From Vulcanimicrobiota bacterium (GTDB lineage Bacteria; Vulcanimicrobiota; Vulcanimicrobiia; Vulcanimicrobiales; Vulcanimicrobiaceae): DNA of 64,000 nucleotides. Position numbers and translations under genes: made by a program. The stretch lies in contig CAWHWQ010000003.1 of assembly GCA_963833095.1 (NCBI GenBank), positions 64,001 through 128,000 of the forward strand, in the 5' to 3' direction. Of this stretch, positions 1-11,544 are shown piece by piece (the first letter of the stretch is position 1; each line of letters opens with the position of its first letter). A model generated the notes under the pieces. The model was not told the origin of the DNA and searched no databases. It was given only the letters and a program-made list of their open reading frames with translations.

Positions 1-1
1 G

Positions 2-847
2 ACACGCGCCTATCGGCTCAATTACATTCGGGCGGACGATGCAATCAAAGAACTCAAGATACTCACTGCGGATGGATCTTACATCGCCGACAGCGAGCGT
101 AACGAAGTGATCGTCGACGGGAACGACAACGTGCAGAGCACGGCGGTAAGCCTCTTTACGACGATCGATCGACCCGGTCCGCAGGTTATGTTTGAAGTCA
201 AAGTGGCCGACGTGACGCCCCAAAACGACACCAGCAACTTTGGATTGGAGTTCGGCGGAACGAATCTGCAGGGAACCGTAACACCGGGCTCGACCTCGTA
301 TGCGTTTACCGGCGGTATGATTCCGGTTAACATGACTCTCAACGCCCTCATCTCGCTGGGACGTGCGCAGATTCTCGCGACACCGAAGCTCGTAACGCTG
401 AACAATAGGGAAGCAGATTTGTTGGTCGGCGAGACGTACCCGATTGTGTTCAACACATCGGTGCTTGGCGGTCAGAACGTGCAATTCGTCGATGTCGGCG
501 TGAAGCTGCGGCTGACGCCGACGATCGGCGACGACGGCACCGTAACAGCCGAACTTCACCCGGAATACAGCGAGATCGAAGGGATCACGTCGACGGGCTA
601 TCCGATCATCACCAATCGCAAGATCGATGCCACGCTTCGGGTCAATGACTCGCAGACGATTGTGTTGGGCGGCCTTATGATGGATACGTCGAGCGAGACG
701 ATCTCGAAGGTGCCTTGGCTAGCGGATATCCCGATCCTCGGCAAGATCTTTGCGAACAAGCAAACCGCGCACGAGCGCGACGAGATCGTTTTCCTCATCA
801 CGCCGCACGTGATCTATCCGGAGCAACCACCTCCGAGGAGGCCCTAA
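2..847 (+). CDS. Secretin (PilQ/GspD family) C-terminal part, 5'-truncated by window edge
   Basis: Frame open from base 2; secretin motifs 'PQVMFEVKVAD', 'ILATPKLVTLNN', 'VGVKLRLTP', 'KVPWLADIPILGKIF', 'EIVFLITPHVI'. Confidence 0.9.
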   Translation, partial: TRAYRLNYIRADDAIKELKILTADGSYIADSERNEVIVDGNDNVQSTAVSLFTTIDRPGPQVMFEVKVADVTPQNDTSNFGLEFGGTNLQGTVTPGSTSYAFTGGMIPVNMTLNALISLGRAQILATPKLVTLNNREADLLVGETYPIVFNTSVLGGQNVQFVDVGVKLRLTPTIGDDGTVTAELHPEYSEIEGITSTGYPIITNRKIDATLRVNDSQTIVLGGLMMDTSSETISKVPWLADIPILGKIFANKQTAHERDEIVFLITPHVIYPEQPPPRRP

Positions 848-965
848 AGAAGGCTCGCTCGCGTCGAGCCGGGTCCCGCGCAAAAATGCCTATTTCCACA
901 AGGAAAGTGGGGCTTTTTCGATAATCGGCTTGGTCAATTAGTTGCCCTATTTCCGAAAGGACAGT

Positions 966-1388
966 ATGACCAAGAACGAGTTAGCTCGTGAGCTCGCCGA
1001 AGAGTTGGAACTCCCGCGCCGCCAGGTCGTCGACCTGATCGAAGCGATGCTGGAGAAGATCACCGACGTGCTCAAGTCGGGCGATAAGGTCCAGCTTACC
1101 CCCTTTGGCCAGTTCAAGGTTCGGGACCGCGCGGCTCGCATCGCGCGCAATCCGAAGACGGGCGAGCCGATCAAAGTCCCGGCCAAGCGCGTGCTCAAAT
1201 TCATTCCCGGCCGCGTGTTGAAGGAAGCCGTCGGTACCGCCAAGCGCGGTAGCGGCGCCGCGAAGAAGTCGTCGGCCAAGAAGCCGGCGGCCAAGAAATC
1301 GACGGCGAAAAAGGCTCCCGCTCGCAAGGCCGCGCCGGCTCGCAAAGCTGCCGCGAAAAAGACCACGACTCGCAAAAAAGGCCGGTAA
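966..1388 (+). CDS. hup: HU family DNA-binding protein with Lys/Ala-rich histone-like C-terminal tail
   Basis: 'MTKNELA..KVQLTPFGQF..RAARIARNPKTGE'; GAAAGG RBS before ATG 966; AAKK/PARK repeats in tail. Confidence 0.93.
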   Translation: MTKNELARELAEELELPRRQVVDLIEAMLEKITDVLKSGDKVQLTPFGQFKVRDRAARIARNPKTGEPIKVPAKRVLKFIPGRVLKEAVGTAKRGSGAAKKSSAKKPAAKKSTAKKAPARKAAPARKAAAKKTTTRKKGR

Positions 1389-1409
1389 AGCTCAGCGCTT
1401 CGTCCTTTG

Positions 1410-1435
1410 AAAAGCCGCCCGAAAGGGCGGCTTTT
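1410..1435. terminator. Bidirectional intrinsic terminator
   Basis: AAAAGCCGCCC-GAAA-GGGCGGCTTTT between convergent HU and PfpI genes. Confidence 0.9.
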
Positions 1436-1438
1436 GCG

Positions 1439-2005
1439 TTAGGAGGAGACGTTGAGCGCCGGTCGCGATTTTGCGAAGAGCGCAACCGTGGCCACATTAA
1501 AGGCAGGAATGTCGTCGGGTTTGCGGCTCGTGACCAGGTTACCGTCTTCCACGGTCATCCGGTCGACCCAATTTCCACCGGCATTACGGATATCGGTCCG
1601 CAGCGACGGCCATGACGTAAGCGTCCGATCCCGCACGACATTAGCCTCGACCAGCATCCATGGGCCATGGCAGATCGCCGCGATGGGCTTTCCCGCCCGA
1701 GCGAACTCGCGCACGAATTCGACCGCCTGCTCATTGAGTCGCAACGTGTCGGAATTGACGACGCCGCCGGGCAACAGCAGCGCGGCATAATCCGCGCCGT
1801 TTGCTTGTGCCAGCGGCAGGTCGACCGGGAAGACATCCGCCGGCGTCAGGTGCTTCCAGCCGCGCACGCCGTCATTGCGTGGCGATATCAGCACGGTTTC
1901 CGCGCCGGCTTCGTTGAGTGCTTCACGAGGAGCGGTCATCTCGATTTGTTCGAATGCGTCTTCGACTAAGATCGCGACGCGCAGTCCTTCTAATTCCTTT
2001 GCCAT
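1439..2005 (-). CDS. PfpI/DJ-1 family type 1 glutamine amidotransferase-like protease/deglycase
   Basis: 'VAILVEDAFEQIE', 'LLLPGG', 'AAICHGPW', 'LVTSRKPDDIPAF'. Confidence 0.92.
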   Translation of the reverse strand: MAKELEGLRVAILVEDAFEQIEMTAPREALNEAGAETVLISPRNDGVRGWKHLTPADVFPVDLPLAQANGADYAALLLPGGVVNSDTLRLNEQAVEFVREFARAGKPIAAICHGPWMLVEANVVRDRTLTSWPSLRTDIRNAGGNWVDRMTVEDGNLVTSRKPDDIPAFNVATVALFAKSRPALNVSS

Positions 2006-2106
2006 AGTGGACGCATCGTACCCGGCCATGCCGCGGATTACCGCTGGCAGGCGCTGCACTGCCCGCTCCGCAGGCGCAAGCTGCATATGCCGCTAAGAGA
2101 GCTTGG

Positions 2107-3271
2107 GTGTTCCGCTACCTCACAGCGGGCGAATCCCACGGACCCGCGCTCGTCGGGATCCTCGACGGGCTGCCCGCGCATCTCCGACTCGACGTCGAAC
2201 GCATCAACGAAACCCTGGCGCGGCGCCAGGGCGGCTACGGCCGCGGCGGGCGCATGAAAATCGAACGCGACGAAGTCGAATTTCTCGCCGGCGTACGCGG
2301 CAGCGAGACGCTCGGTTCGCCGATTGCCGTGATCGTGCGCAATCGCGATTACGAAAACGTGCGCGCGCTGATGGATCCGATCACCGGCGCCGGCAAACCG
2401 CTCACCAATCCGCGACCCGGCCACGCCGACTACGCGGGCGCGCTCAAATATCGTCAGCGCGATCTGCGCAACGTGCTCGAACGCGCGAGCGCGCGCGAAA
2501 CCGCGATGCGCGTCTGCCTCGGCGCGATCTGCGCGCAGTTTCTCGAAGCGCTCGGCATACGACGCGTAGCTACGTGCATCGCATCGGCGAAGTGGTTTCG
2601 CCGGAGCTAGAAGATTTGACGCAGGACGACGTCGAGGCGAGCGACGTGCGCAATCCCGACAGAGCCACCGAAGCAAAGATGATCGCCGCGATCGACGCAG
2701 CAAAAGCAGCCGGCGACACGCTCGGCGGTGTGTTCATGGTGCGCGTCGACGGCGTGCCGGTCGGCATCGGCAGCAATCGCCAGCCGCAAACGCGACTCGA
2801 CGGCGTGCTGGCCGGTGCGCTGATGGGCATGCAGACCGTCAAAGCGGTCGAGGTGGGACTTGGCGCGGACGTCGCCGCGCGACCCGGCTCGCAAGCGCAC
2901 GACGTCTTCGCGCTCGACGAACGGCGACGTCGTGCGCGGCAGCAATCGCGCCGGCGGCATCGAGGGCGGCATGAGCAACGGTCAGCCGATCGTGCTGCGC
3001 GTCTCGGTCAAACCGATTCCGACGTTGATGAAGGCGTTGCCGTCGGTGAATTTGCACGAACGGACCGATGCGCCGGCGACGATCGTGCGCAGCGACGTCT
3101 GCGTCGTGCCGGCTGCCGCTATCGTCGGCGAGGCGATGGTGCGCCTCGCGCTGGTCGCGCCGGTGCTCGAAAAATACGGCGGCGACTCGATCGAGGAGAC
3201 GCGCGACAACTTGCGCCGCAGCAAACGAGGCTGCGGCGTGCGCTCTTTTCCCGGCAAAGGAGGGCGTGTGA
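2107..3271 (+). CDS. aroC: Chorismate synthase (frameshifted, probably sequence error)
   Basis: '[11 protein letters not shown]', 'PRPGHAD', 'ERASARETA', '[14 protein letters not shown]', '[10 protein letters not shown]' spread across frames. Confidence 0.93.
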
Positions 3272-3795
3272 AACAGCACGTTGCGCTCGTCGGCTTTATG
3301 GCCGTCGGGTAAGTCGACGATCGGCAAACGCCTTGCGCGCAAACTCAAGTGCGCCTTCTTCGATACCGACGATTTGGTCGTCGCGCAGCATGGCCCCATT
3401 TCGGATATCTTCTACAACGAAGGCGAAGCCGCGTTCCGCAGCTACGAGCACGCCGCGCTCGCGCACGTGGTCGAGCGAGGGCGAACCGGGCATCGTGGCC
3501 TGCGGCGGCGGGGCGCTCCAGTTACGAACCCTCCGGGAAGCTGCTCAAGAAGAAGGCCTATCGCGTCTTCATCAAGGTCTCGCCCGAACTGGTGCTCGAG
3601 CGGCTGCGCAACAGCCGCAACGTGCGGCCGTTGCTCGGCCCCACCCCGGCCCTCTCGCGTATCAAGGCTCTCTACACCAAGCGCATGCCGCAGTACGCGC
3701 ACGCCGACTATGTCGTCGAAGCCGACGGCATGAGCACCGCGCAAGTCGTCGATGCGATCATCGAGTGGCTGCACAAGAAGAAGATCGAGATCTGA
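3268..3795 (+). CDS. aroK: Shikimate kinase (frameshifted)
   Basis: 'ALVGFM..GKSTIGKRLA', 'FDTDD', 'EGEAAFR', 'RPLL'; lies between aroC and aroB. Confidence 0.9.
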
Positions 3796-4870
3796 GCGCG
3801 CCGGAGCTTCGATCGTCAACGCCGATCTGCGGCTATCCGATCGCATCGGTGACGACGTGCGTCCGGCGATCGCCGCGTTCCTCAGCGAGCGTGCGCAGCG
3901 CTTTGTCGTGCTGACCGACGCCCAACGCGACGGTATCGAGGCTGGCTCGCGACATCGGTAGATTCCGGCGCGATGGGCGTGCTGGCGTTTCCGCTCGGCG
4001 AAGCGCGCAAGCGCTTTGCGACGGTCGAACACGTGCTCGAGGCGATGCTCGCCGCGGGCGCGGGGCGCGACGACGCTGATCGTCGGCGTCGGCGGCGGCG
4101 TCGCGAGCGACCTCTTCGGATTTTGCGCCGCGACGTACATGCGCGGCGTTCCGTACGCGCACGTCGCGACGTCGCTCGTCGCGATGGTCGATGCGGCAAT
4201 CGGCGGCAAGACCGGCGTCGACCTTCGCGCGGGAAAGAACATCGCCGGCGCGTTCCCCGATCCGGTTGCGGTCTTTGCGATATCGCGGCGCTGCAAACGC
4301 TGCCGTATCGGCAGCTGCGCGAAGGTTTGGCCGAAGATCGTCAAAGCGGCGATCATCGAAGGCGACGAGCTCTTCGAATCGCTCGAAACGCTCGCGCCGC
4401 ATCCGTTCTGGCGCTGGCCGTGGCTCGAGATCGTCGCCGAAGCGGTCAAGGTCAAGACGATGATCGTGCCGACGATCAGCCAGGAAGCCGGCATGCGCGA
4501 GCTGCTCAATCTCGGGCACACGTTCGCGCACGCGCTCGAACACGGCCAGCGGCTATCGCATCTCGCACGGCGCGGCGGTCGCGCTCGGGCTGCGCGCGGC
4601 CGGGCTGCTCGCGCTGCGCACGGAGCGGTTTTCCGAAGCAAGAGCATTTGCGCGTGCTGGCGCTGCTGGCGCTGCTGCGGCTGCCGCTGAGCACGTCGGT
4701 CGGCGTCGGACGCGGCGCTCGCGGCGATGCAGAGCGATAAGAAGAAGCGCGCCGGGAAGCTGCGTTTCGTCGCTGCCGCGCGACGATCGGCGACGTGGAA
4801 TACGGCGTCGAGGTTCCCGAGCGCACCGTGCGCGGCGTGCTCGCGTCGACTGCGCCGCTCGCCCGAATGA
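3792..4870 (+). CDS. aroB: 3-dehydroquinate synthase (frameshifted; ends approximate)
   Basis: 'GGGVASDL.GF.AATYMRGV', 'AMVDAAIGGKTGVD', 'LLNLGHTFAHALE', 'DKK'. Confidence 0.9.
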
Positions 4871-7306
4871 CGCCGGATAAGGCCATGCCCCGCGACGATC
4901 GATGCGCTCGCGGCGATTCGTTCGTCGCGCTTCGATCTGCCGCTGACCTACGACGCTGGGCGGGTTCGAGCTGCAGGTCGGCGACGTGGTGCGCGTGCCG
5001 CTGGGCACGCGCGAAGTCGTCGCCTATCGTCGTCTGCCGACGCGTACGAGGCGCCGCCGGATCCCAAACGCAAAACTGTGCTCGAACGGCTCGACGTGCC
5101 GCGCGCGTTCGATGAAAAGGCTTGCACCTCGCGCGCTTCGTCGCCGAGTACTACATCTGCACGCTGGGCGAAGCGCTCTGCGCAGTCGTGCTCGCGGGCG
5201 CGGTTCCGCGCATGCTCGACAGTTTCGTGCGCACGGTCGCGCAGCCCGAATCCGCAGCGCTATCCGTCGGTGCCGCCGCGCCTGGTGCGATTGATCTGGG
5301 AAGAGCTCGGCGACGGCTTTGCGCTCGAAACGCTGCTGCGCCATCCCGAAGCGCGGCGCGCGGGCGATCGCAGCGCGCTGCTGCGACATTTGCAGGCGCT
5401 CATGCGTAGCGGTGAACTTCGGCGCGAGCGCCGTTTCGATCGAGCCGAAGACGCAGCGAATATCGCGTCCGCGTGCTCGTGCCCGGGCGACGCGGAACAT
5501 TCGTGGAAGCAAGGCGCAGGCGCTCGTCGCGTTCGTGCGCGAGCAGCCGGGCGTGCCGCGCGCCGATGCGCTGCTCGCGGGTTTTTCGAACGCCGTGATC
5601 GCGCGCGCGGTCAAGGCCGGCGCGATGCGACGAGCGCGACGTCGAGCCGGCGCATGCGCGATCGTACGCGCCACTCGCGCGACGCGCCGTTTCCGCCGAC
5701 GCGCGAACAATCCGCGGCGCTGCGAGCGGATCGATGCGGCGCTCGACGCGCGCGCGTCTTCGCGGAATGCTGCTGATTCACGGCGTGACCGGCAGCGGCA
5801 AGACCTACGTCTACGTCGAGGCGATCGAGCGCGTGGTGCGCGAAGGCGGTCGCGCGATCGTGCTCGTTCCCGAGATCTCGCTCACGCCGCAGACGGCGCG
5901 CCGTTTCGAGGCGGCCTTCGGCGATCGCGTCGCGGTGCTGCATTCCGCGCTCTCCGAGCGCGAGCGCTTCGAAGCGTGGCAGGCCTGCGCGCGCGGCGAG
6001 ATCGACGTCGTCGTCGGCGCGCGCAGCGCGGTCTTCGCGCCGCTGCCGATGGCGTGCGGCTGCTGTGTCGTCGACGAGGCGCACGAGATCGTCGTACAAG
6101 CAAGAGACGGTGCCGCGCTATCACGCCGTCGCCGTCGCGCGCGAGCGGATGCAAGCGCGAGGGCGGCGTGCTTGTGCTCGGCAGCGCGACGCCGCTCGCT
6201 CGAAAGCTACGCGGCGGCGCAAGCGCGGCAAGGTCGAGTTGATCGAGCTGCACGAACGCGCGCACGGCGCAGCCGCTGCCGCGCGTGCGCATCGTCGATC
6301 TGGCCAAGGAGTTCGAAGCCGGGAACAAGCGCATCTTTTCAGCACCGCGCTGGTGCAGGCGCTTCGGCGAACGGCTCGAGCGCGGCGAGAAGAGCGTGCT
6401 GTTCGTCAATCGGCGCGGCAGCGGCGGGTTCGTGCTGTGCCGCAGCTGCGGCCACGTGCCGCAGTGCCCGCGCTGCAGCGTCTCGCTCACGGTGCACCGC
6501 AGCGAAGGGCTTGCTGCGCTGCCACTACTGCGATTATCCAAGAGCCGCTCCCGAAGGTCTGTCCCGAGCTGCGGGCTCGGAGACGATTCGCGAGTTCGGC
6601 GATCGGCACCGAACGCGTGGCAGAAGAAGTCGCGCGACTGTTTCCGGACGCGCGCGTCGTGCGCATGGATTCCGACACGACGACGCGCGTCGGCGATCAC
6701 GCGCGCCTGCTCGACGGAGTTCGGCGAACGCAGGCGACGTGCTGGTCGGCACGCAGATGGTGGCGAAAGGGCTCGATTTTCCGACCGTCACGCTGGTCGG
6801 CGTCGTCGCGGCCGACGTCGGCCTGCACATCCCGGATTTTCGTGCGTCGGAGCGAACCTTTGATCTTGATCGCGCAGGTGTGCGGGCGCAGCGGACGCGC
6901 GCGCGCCGGGCGAAGCGATCGTGCAGACGTACATCGCCGACCATCCAGCGATCGTGTTCGCCGCGCGCACGATTACGAGGGCTTCGCGCGCGGCGAGCTT
7001 GCGCAGCGGCGAGAACTGCAGTATCCGCCCTTCTCGCGCCTGGTCTATCTCGGTGTCATCGGCCGTAGCCGCAAAGCCGCGCACGACGCTGCGGAGCGCT
7101 ACGCTGAGCTGTTGAAGGCGGAGAACGTCGGCGAAGTCCTCGGCCCCGCGCCCTACCCAATCGCGCGCGTCAATAACGAATGGCGCTTCCGCGTGGCGGT
7201 CAAATCCCGCACCCCGAAGCCGTTGCGTGCAGCGATTCGAGAGAAGCTCTTGCCTCTCGCTCGCGGCGACCAAGACACGCGACTTGCAATCAACGTCGAT
7301 CCTTAA
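4867..7306 (+). CDS. priA: Primosomal protein N' (multiple frameshifts)
   Basis: 'GVTGSGKTYVY', 'LVPEISLTPQ', 'VDEAHE', 'NRRG..CRSCG..CPRC', 'GTQMVAKGLDFP', 'LGPAP', C-terminal 'INVDP'. Confidence 0.93.
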
Positions 7307-7364
7307 TTCACCCCGTCTATACCCGCGGCCATAGGAGGTCTCTGATGCCGAGCAGTATTTAGTC

Positions 7365-7390
7365 GAGTGGAGCAGTATATTGTTCCATTC
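7365..7390. promoter_or_regulatory. Imperfect palindrome, candidate operator
   Basis: GAGTGGAGCAGTATATTGTTCCATTC matches its reverse complement at 20/26 positions, just upstream of the serine hydrolase-mlrC-XRE operon. Confidence 0.45.
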
Positions 7391-7410
7391 GATTGCGTCT
7401 GGAGGTGCCC

Positions 7411-8555
7411 GTGGGCTCGCTGTTCCGTACCCGGTTTTCGGCCGCGTTTATCGCGCTTGCCCTCTCGATAAGCATCCCGGCAGCGGCACGGGCAGACGCG
7501 GTTTCGCCGGCGCAGGTTGCGAAGATCGACACCATTGTGCGGACGGCGATGGCGCAGCAGCATCTGGTCGGCGTCGAAGTCGCGGTGGGGCGCAATGGCA
7601 CAACGCTGTTCACGAAAGGGTACGGGCTGCGGGATCAGGCGAAGAGTCTTCCGGTAACCGCGAATACGGTCTTTCCGATCGGCTCGATCAGCAAGCAGTT
7701 CACCGCGGCCTGCGTGATGCTGCTGGTGCAACAAGGCAAAATCAATCTCGATGCCAGGCTCGCGACGTACCTGCCCGGCGTCGCGCATGCGCGGGAGATC
7801 ACCGTGCGTGAGATCCTCGACCAAATGTCGGGGCTTCACGATTACCTCGAGAACAAGCCGCTGATTTCGGCATTTTTGGAGGCACGTGGACGAAGCACGA
7901 GCCGTTCGCTTACTACGTCAATCTCACGCGCGGGGATCCCTTGACCTTCAAGCCTGGAACCAAGTGGGAATACAGCAACACCAACTACGCCGTGGCGGGG
8001 ATGCTAATCGAGAAAGTCAGCGGCGAACCCTACCGGACATTTCTCTCCCAAAACATTTTCGAAGCGCAAAACCTGACCTCGATGCAATACCTCACCTGGT
8101 CGATTCCCACGGGCAGCGACGTCACGCGCGGCTACAATTACGCGAAGGGCTCGTACACACTCGTGCCGCGGTACGACATGTCGTGGGGCGGTGCGGCCGG
8201 CGCAATCGCATCGAATGCGGCGGACCTCGTGAAGTGGGACGGCGCGTTCTTCGACGGCAAGGTGATCTCGCAAAGCAATGTGGAGATCGCGACCACGCCG
8301 CCGCGCGGCATAACCCTGGGCCTGCCTGCCGGTAACACGCAGAGCACAATCGGCGAGGGCTACGGTTTCGGGTGGGTCGCTGGGCACGACGAAGGGCGCC
8401 GGATCGTCTGGCACAACGGCGGTCTCATCGGTGCGCGCGCGATGAACGCGGTCTTTCCCGACGACGGCCTCGAGATCGTGATCCTTACCAACATGACGAC
8501 GGCAGATCCTGAAGCGATCTCACTGCGTATTGCCCGGCTGCTCTATGGTCAATAA
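7411..8555 (+). CDS. Secreted serine hydrolase, beta-lactamase/AmpC-like (one frameshift near 7890)
   Basis: Signal peptide; SxxK 'GSISKQF', 'YSNTNY', 'HNGG'; GGAGG RBS. Confidence 0.85.
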
Positions 8556-9987
8556 ACCGTTGCGCATCTTTACCGCGATGCTCCTGACCGAGACAAACAC
8601 GTTTTCGCCGCTCCCGACGGGCGCGAAGGCCTTCGATCGCGGCCGTTTGCAGTCCGACGTCGCGTCGTTGGTAGTCTGGCGTGAATCGGGCGAACGCGAT
8701 GGCCATGAGGTCATTGAGAGCATCGTCGCGATCGCGCAGCCGGCCGGTCGTACGGTCCGTGCCGTTTACGAGGGCCTTCGCGATGAACTCCTCGACGACT
8801 TGCGGCGCGCCTTACCGGTCGACGTCATCTTACTCTACCTGCACGGCGCGATGGTCGCGGAGGGCTATGACGACTGCGAGGGCGACGTGCTGCAGCGCGC
8901 GCGGGAGATCGCCGGCGACGCTGCAATCATCGGTGCCGAACTCGATCTCCATTCGCACCTCACACAAACGATGCTCGCCAATGCCAATGTGATCATCGCA
9001 TACAAGGAATATCCACATACCGACACCGTCGATCGCGCCCGCGACCTGTATCGGGTCTGCGTCGAGGCTGCGGACGGCCGCACTCGGCCGGCAATGGCCA
9101 CCTACGATTGCAAGATCGTCGGAATGTTCCCAACCACGGCGCAGCCGATGCGGGCACTCGTCGATGAGATGTCGGCGCGTGAGCGCGATGGCATTCTTTC
9201 GCTCAGCCTTATCCACGGATTTCCCTGGGGCGATGTGCTCGAGTCCGGTGTGAAGATGCTGGCCATTGCTGACGGCGACGCGGCCCTCGCGGCGCGTACT
9301 GCGCGGGAATTTGGAGAGCGCTTTTGGGCTATCCGCCAAGAGGCGTTGCTGCATGCCACCCCGCTTGACGAGGCACTCGATGCGGCGCTAGCGACGCCGG
9401 GCGGTCCGATCGTGCTCGCCGATGTCGCCGACAATGCGGGCGGCGGCGCGCCGGGCGACAGCACCTACGTGCTGCGCGCATTGCTCGAGCGCGGCATCGA
9501 GAATGTGGCGACCGGAACCTATTACGATCCGATGGCAGTCGACGCGTGCTTTGAGGCGGGCGAGGGCGCAACAATCGACCTGCGCTTTGGTGGAAAGCTC
9601 GGAATCGCATCCGGTGATCCGATCGATTCGCGCGTTGAGGTCATGCGTCTGCTCGACGCGCACGAACAGGATTACATGGATGATACGCGGCCGGTACCGC
9701 TCGGGCGCAGCGCTTGGATCCGCGCGCAGGGTATCGATATCGTGCTGGTCTCCGCGCGCACCCAGGTCTTTGCGCCCAGTGCCTTCACCGGCCTTGGCAT
9801 CTCGCTCGACGACAAGAAGCTCATCGTGGTCAAGTCCTCGCACCATTTCTGGGGGAAGTTTGCGCCGCTCGCGAAACGAGTAATTCACGTCAGTGCGCCC
9901 GGCGCGCTCGCGGTCGACTTTGCCGCGATCGCGTACGAAAAGCGCGATCTGAACTATTGGCCTCGGATCGATATGGAGATGAAGTGA
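8545..9987 (+). CDS. M81 family metallopeptidase (MlrC-like)
   Basis: 'ETNTFSP', 'LHGAMVA..DDCEGD', 'DLH', 'KEYPHTD', 'DNAGGGAPGD', 'VVKSSHHF'. Confidence 0.9.
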   Translation: MVNKPLRIFTAMLLTETNTFSPLPTGAKAFDRGRLQSDVASLVVWRESGERDGHEVIESIVAIAQPAGRTVRAVYEGLRDELLDDLRRALPVDVILLYLHGAMVAEGYDDCEGDVLQRAREIAGDAAIIGAELDLHSHLTQTMLANANVIIAYKEYPHTDTVDRARDLYRVCVEAADGRTRPAMATYDCKIVGMFPTTAQPMRALVDEMSARERDGILSLSLIHGFPWGDVLESGVKMLAIADGDAALAARTAREFGERFWAIRQEALLHATPLDEALDAALATPGGPIVLADVADNAGGGAPGDSTYVLRALLERGIENVATGTYYDPMAVDACFEAGEGATIDLRFGGKLGIASGDPIDSRVEVMRLLDAHEQDYMDDTRPVPLGRSAWIRAQGIDIVLVSARTQVFAPSAFTGLGISLDDKKLIVVKSSHHFWGKFAPLAKRVIHVSAPGALAVDFAAIAYEKRDLNYWPRIDMEMK

Positions 9988-10574
9988 TGCCACGACGGCC
10001 CGCAAACGAAGCCCCGAAAACCAAAGCGGTGCCCCTGCCTGACGTCGGCACGATTCTCAAGCGTCTGCGCGAGCGCAACAATGTGACCGTGCGCGATTTG
10101 GCCAAGGCCACGGATCTTTCGGCTTCGTTTATTCGCGCGGTAGAGCGAGGCGACTCCGACATCTCGCTCGGGCGCCTGGCGCGTCTGGCGCAGTTTTTCG
10201 AATACGATCTGGGCTCATTTCTCGGCTACTCGGCGCAGCTTTCGCGCCCGAACTTCGTGACGGCGGAAACCCGTAAAAAGGTCGCTCGCGGACGCGGCGT
10301 CGATTATGAGGCGCTCCATCTGCCCGGAATCGACCTGGACTTCATCATGGTGAAGCTCGAGCCGCGTTCCAAATTCAGGAATGAAATGACGCATGAGGGC
10401 ATAGATGTCGTCTACGCCGTCGAGGGTAACATCGTGTTGGTGGTGGACGGCGTTGACTACCCGATGGTGACCGGCGACTGTTGCGCGTTCTCCGCGGCGT
10501 ACCCGCATCTGCTGCGCAATGATTCAGGCCGGCGCGCTACGGCCGTGTCGATCACGACCGGTCGGATGTACTAG
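9987..10574 (+). CDS. XRE-family HTH regulator with C-terminal cupin domain
   Basis: 'LKRLRE..TVRDLAKATDLSASFIRAVERG'; cupin 'HEGIDVVY..GD..PH'. Confidence 0.85.
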   Translation: MPRRPANEAPKTKAVPLPDVGTILKRLRERNNVTVRDLAKATDLSASFIRAVERGDSDISLGRLARLAQFFEYDLGSFLGYSAQLSRPNFVTAETRKKVARGRGVDYEALHLPGIDLDFIMVKLEPRSKFRNEMTHEGIDVVYAVEGNIVLVVDGVDYPMVTGDCCAFSAAYPHLLRNDSGRRATAVSITTGRMY

Positions 10575-11538
10575 GGCGCTCGCACCTCGGAGACGACGGT
10601 GTTTATCGCGTCGATCACGGCGCCCGGGCGGTCGAACTGAATATAGTGGTCGCTCTGCACGAGCTCGTAGCGCCCACGCGTAGAGAGCGCGGCGATGCGC
10701 ATGTGCGCTTTGCGCCACGCGGGCTCGAACTGCTCAAGCGATGCGCGCAACGCCGGCGGCATTTGGTCTTCGCCGTGAGTCGGTGGCCGTCAGCACCACC
10801 AAGGGGAGATCGCCGAACGAGCGTTTCTGCGCTCGAACTTCGTGCTGGCTCTCCGCCAAGTTTTGCATTTCCGAGGCAACGGCGTCGTACGGCGCGGGCT
10901 CGCGCGCTTGCTTCTTAACCGCCGCAAGAAGTTGCGGCGTCACGCCGTTGTTCGGCTGCGAGCTGATGCCCCAGAGGCGAAGCAGCCGTAAAGGCGGCGA
11001 AGCGAACTCGCCGCGCGGGCGCGCGTCGCGCACGTTCTGAACGGCACGCGAGCTGGCCGTCCATCAACGACTTGACAGCGCCGCGGGGATCGCGACGTCG
11101 GGCGCGGTTCCGTCGACGAGAACGAGGCCGGCCACGTCGCGGCGATACAGCTCGGTGAACGCCAGCACATTGAGACCGCCGAACGAGTGTCCAACCAGGA
11201 CGTACGGCGCAGGCAGATTCGCGGCATGCAACAGATCGTGCAACTCGCGCGCATTCGCATCGGACGTGCGCGCCGAAGAAGCGGGATCGCTGAACCCGTA
11301 TCCCGCGCGGTCGTACGCACACACCGTCGTGCGTGACGCGAGCCGTAGTTGGATGCGTAATCCACGACGGCGACCAATCGCCGAGCCCCGCATCGAGCAC
11401 GACCACGGGACGTCCCGATCCGCGACAGACGAGGTTGAGCCGATGCCCGTCGACGCTGATGCGCCGGCCGGGCACTGCGTATGCGCTTGCCGCTGGAGCC
11501 GCCGTTGCGATCGCGGCGGCCAGCAGAACGTTAAGCAA
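10571..11538 (-). CDS. Secreted alpha/beta hydrolase (frameshifted)
   Basis: 'VVVLDAGLG', 'YDRAGYGFSD', nucleophile elbow 'GHSFGG', 'SDHYIQFDRP'. Confidence 0.85.
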
Positions 11539-11544
11539 CGTCGC

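Noticed and set aside
2107..7306. Pseudogenes or programmed frameshifting in aroC/aroK/aroB/priA
   Set aside because: Multiple scattered indels with otherwise intact motifs fit sequencing error better
7411..8555. True beta-lactamase resistance gene
   Set aside because: SxxK/YxN/HxG motifs are shared with D-peptidases and esterases, and the context is peptide catabolism
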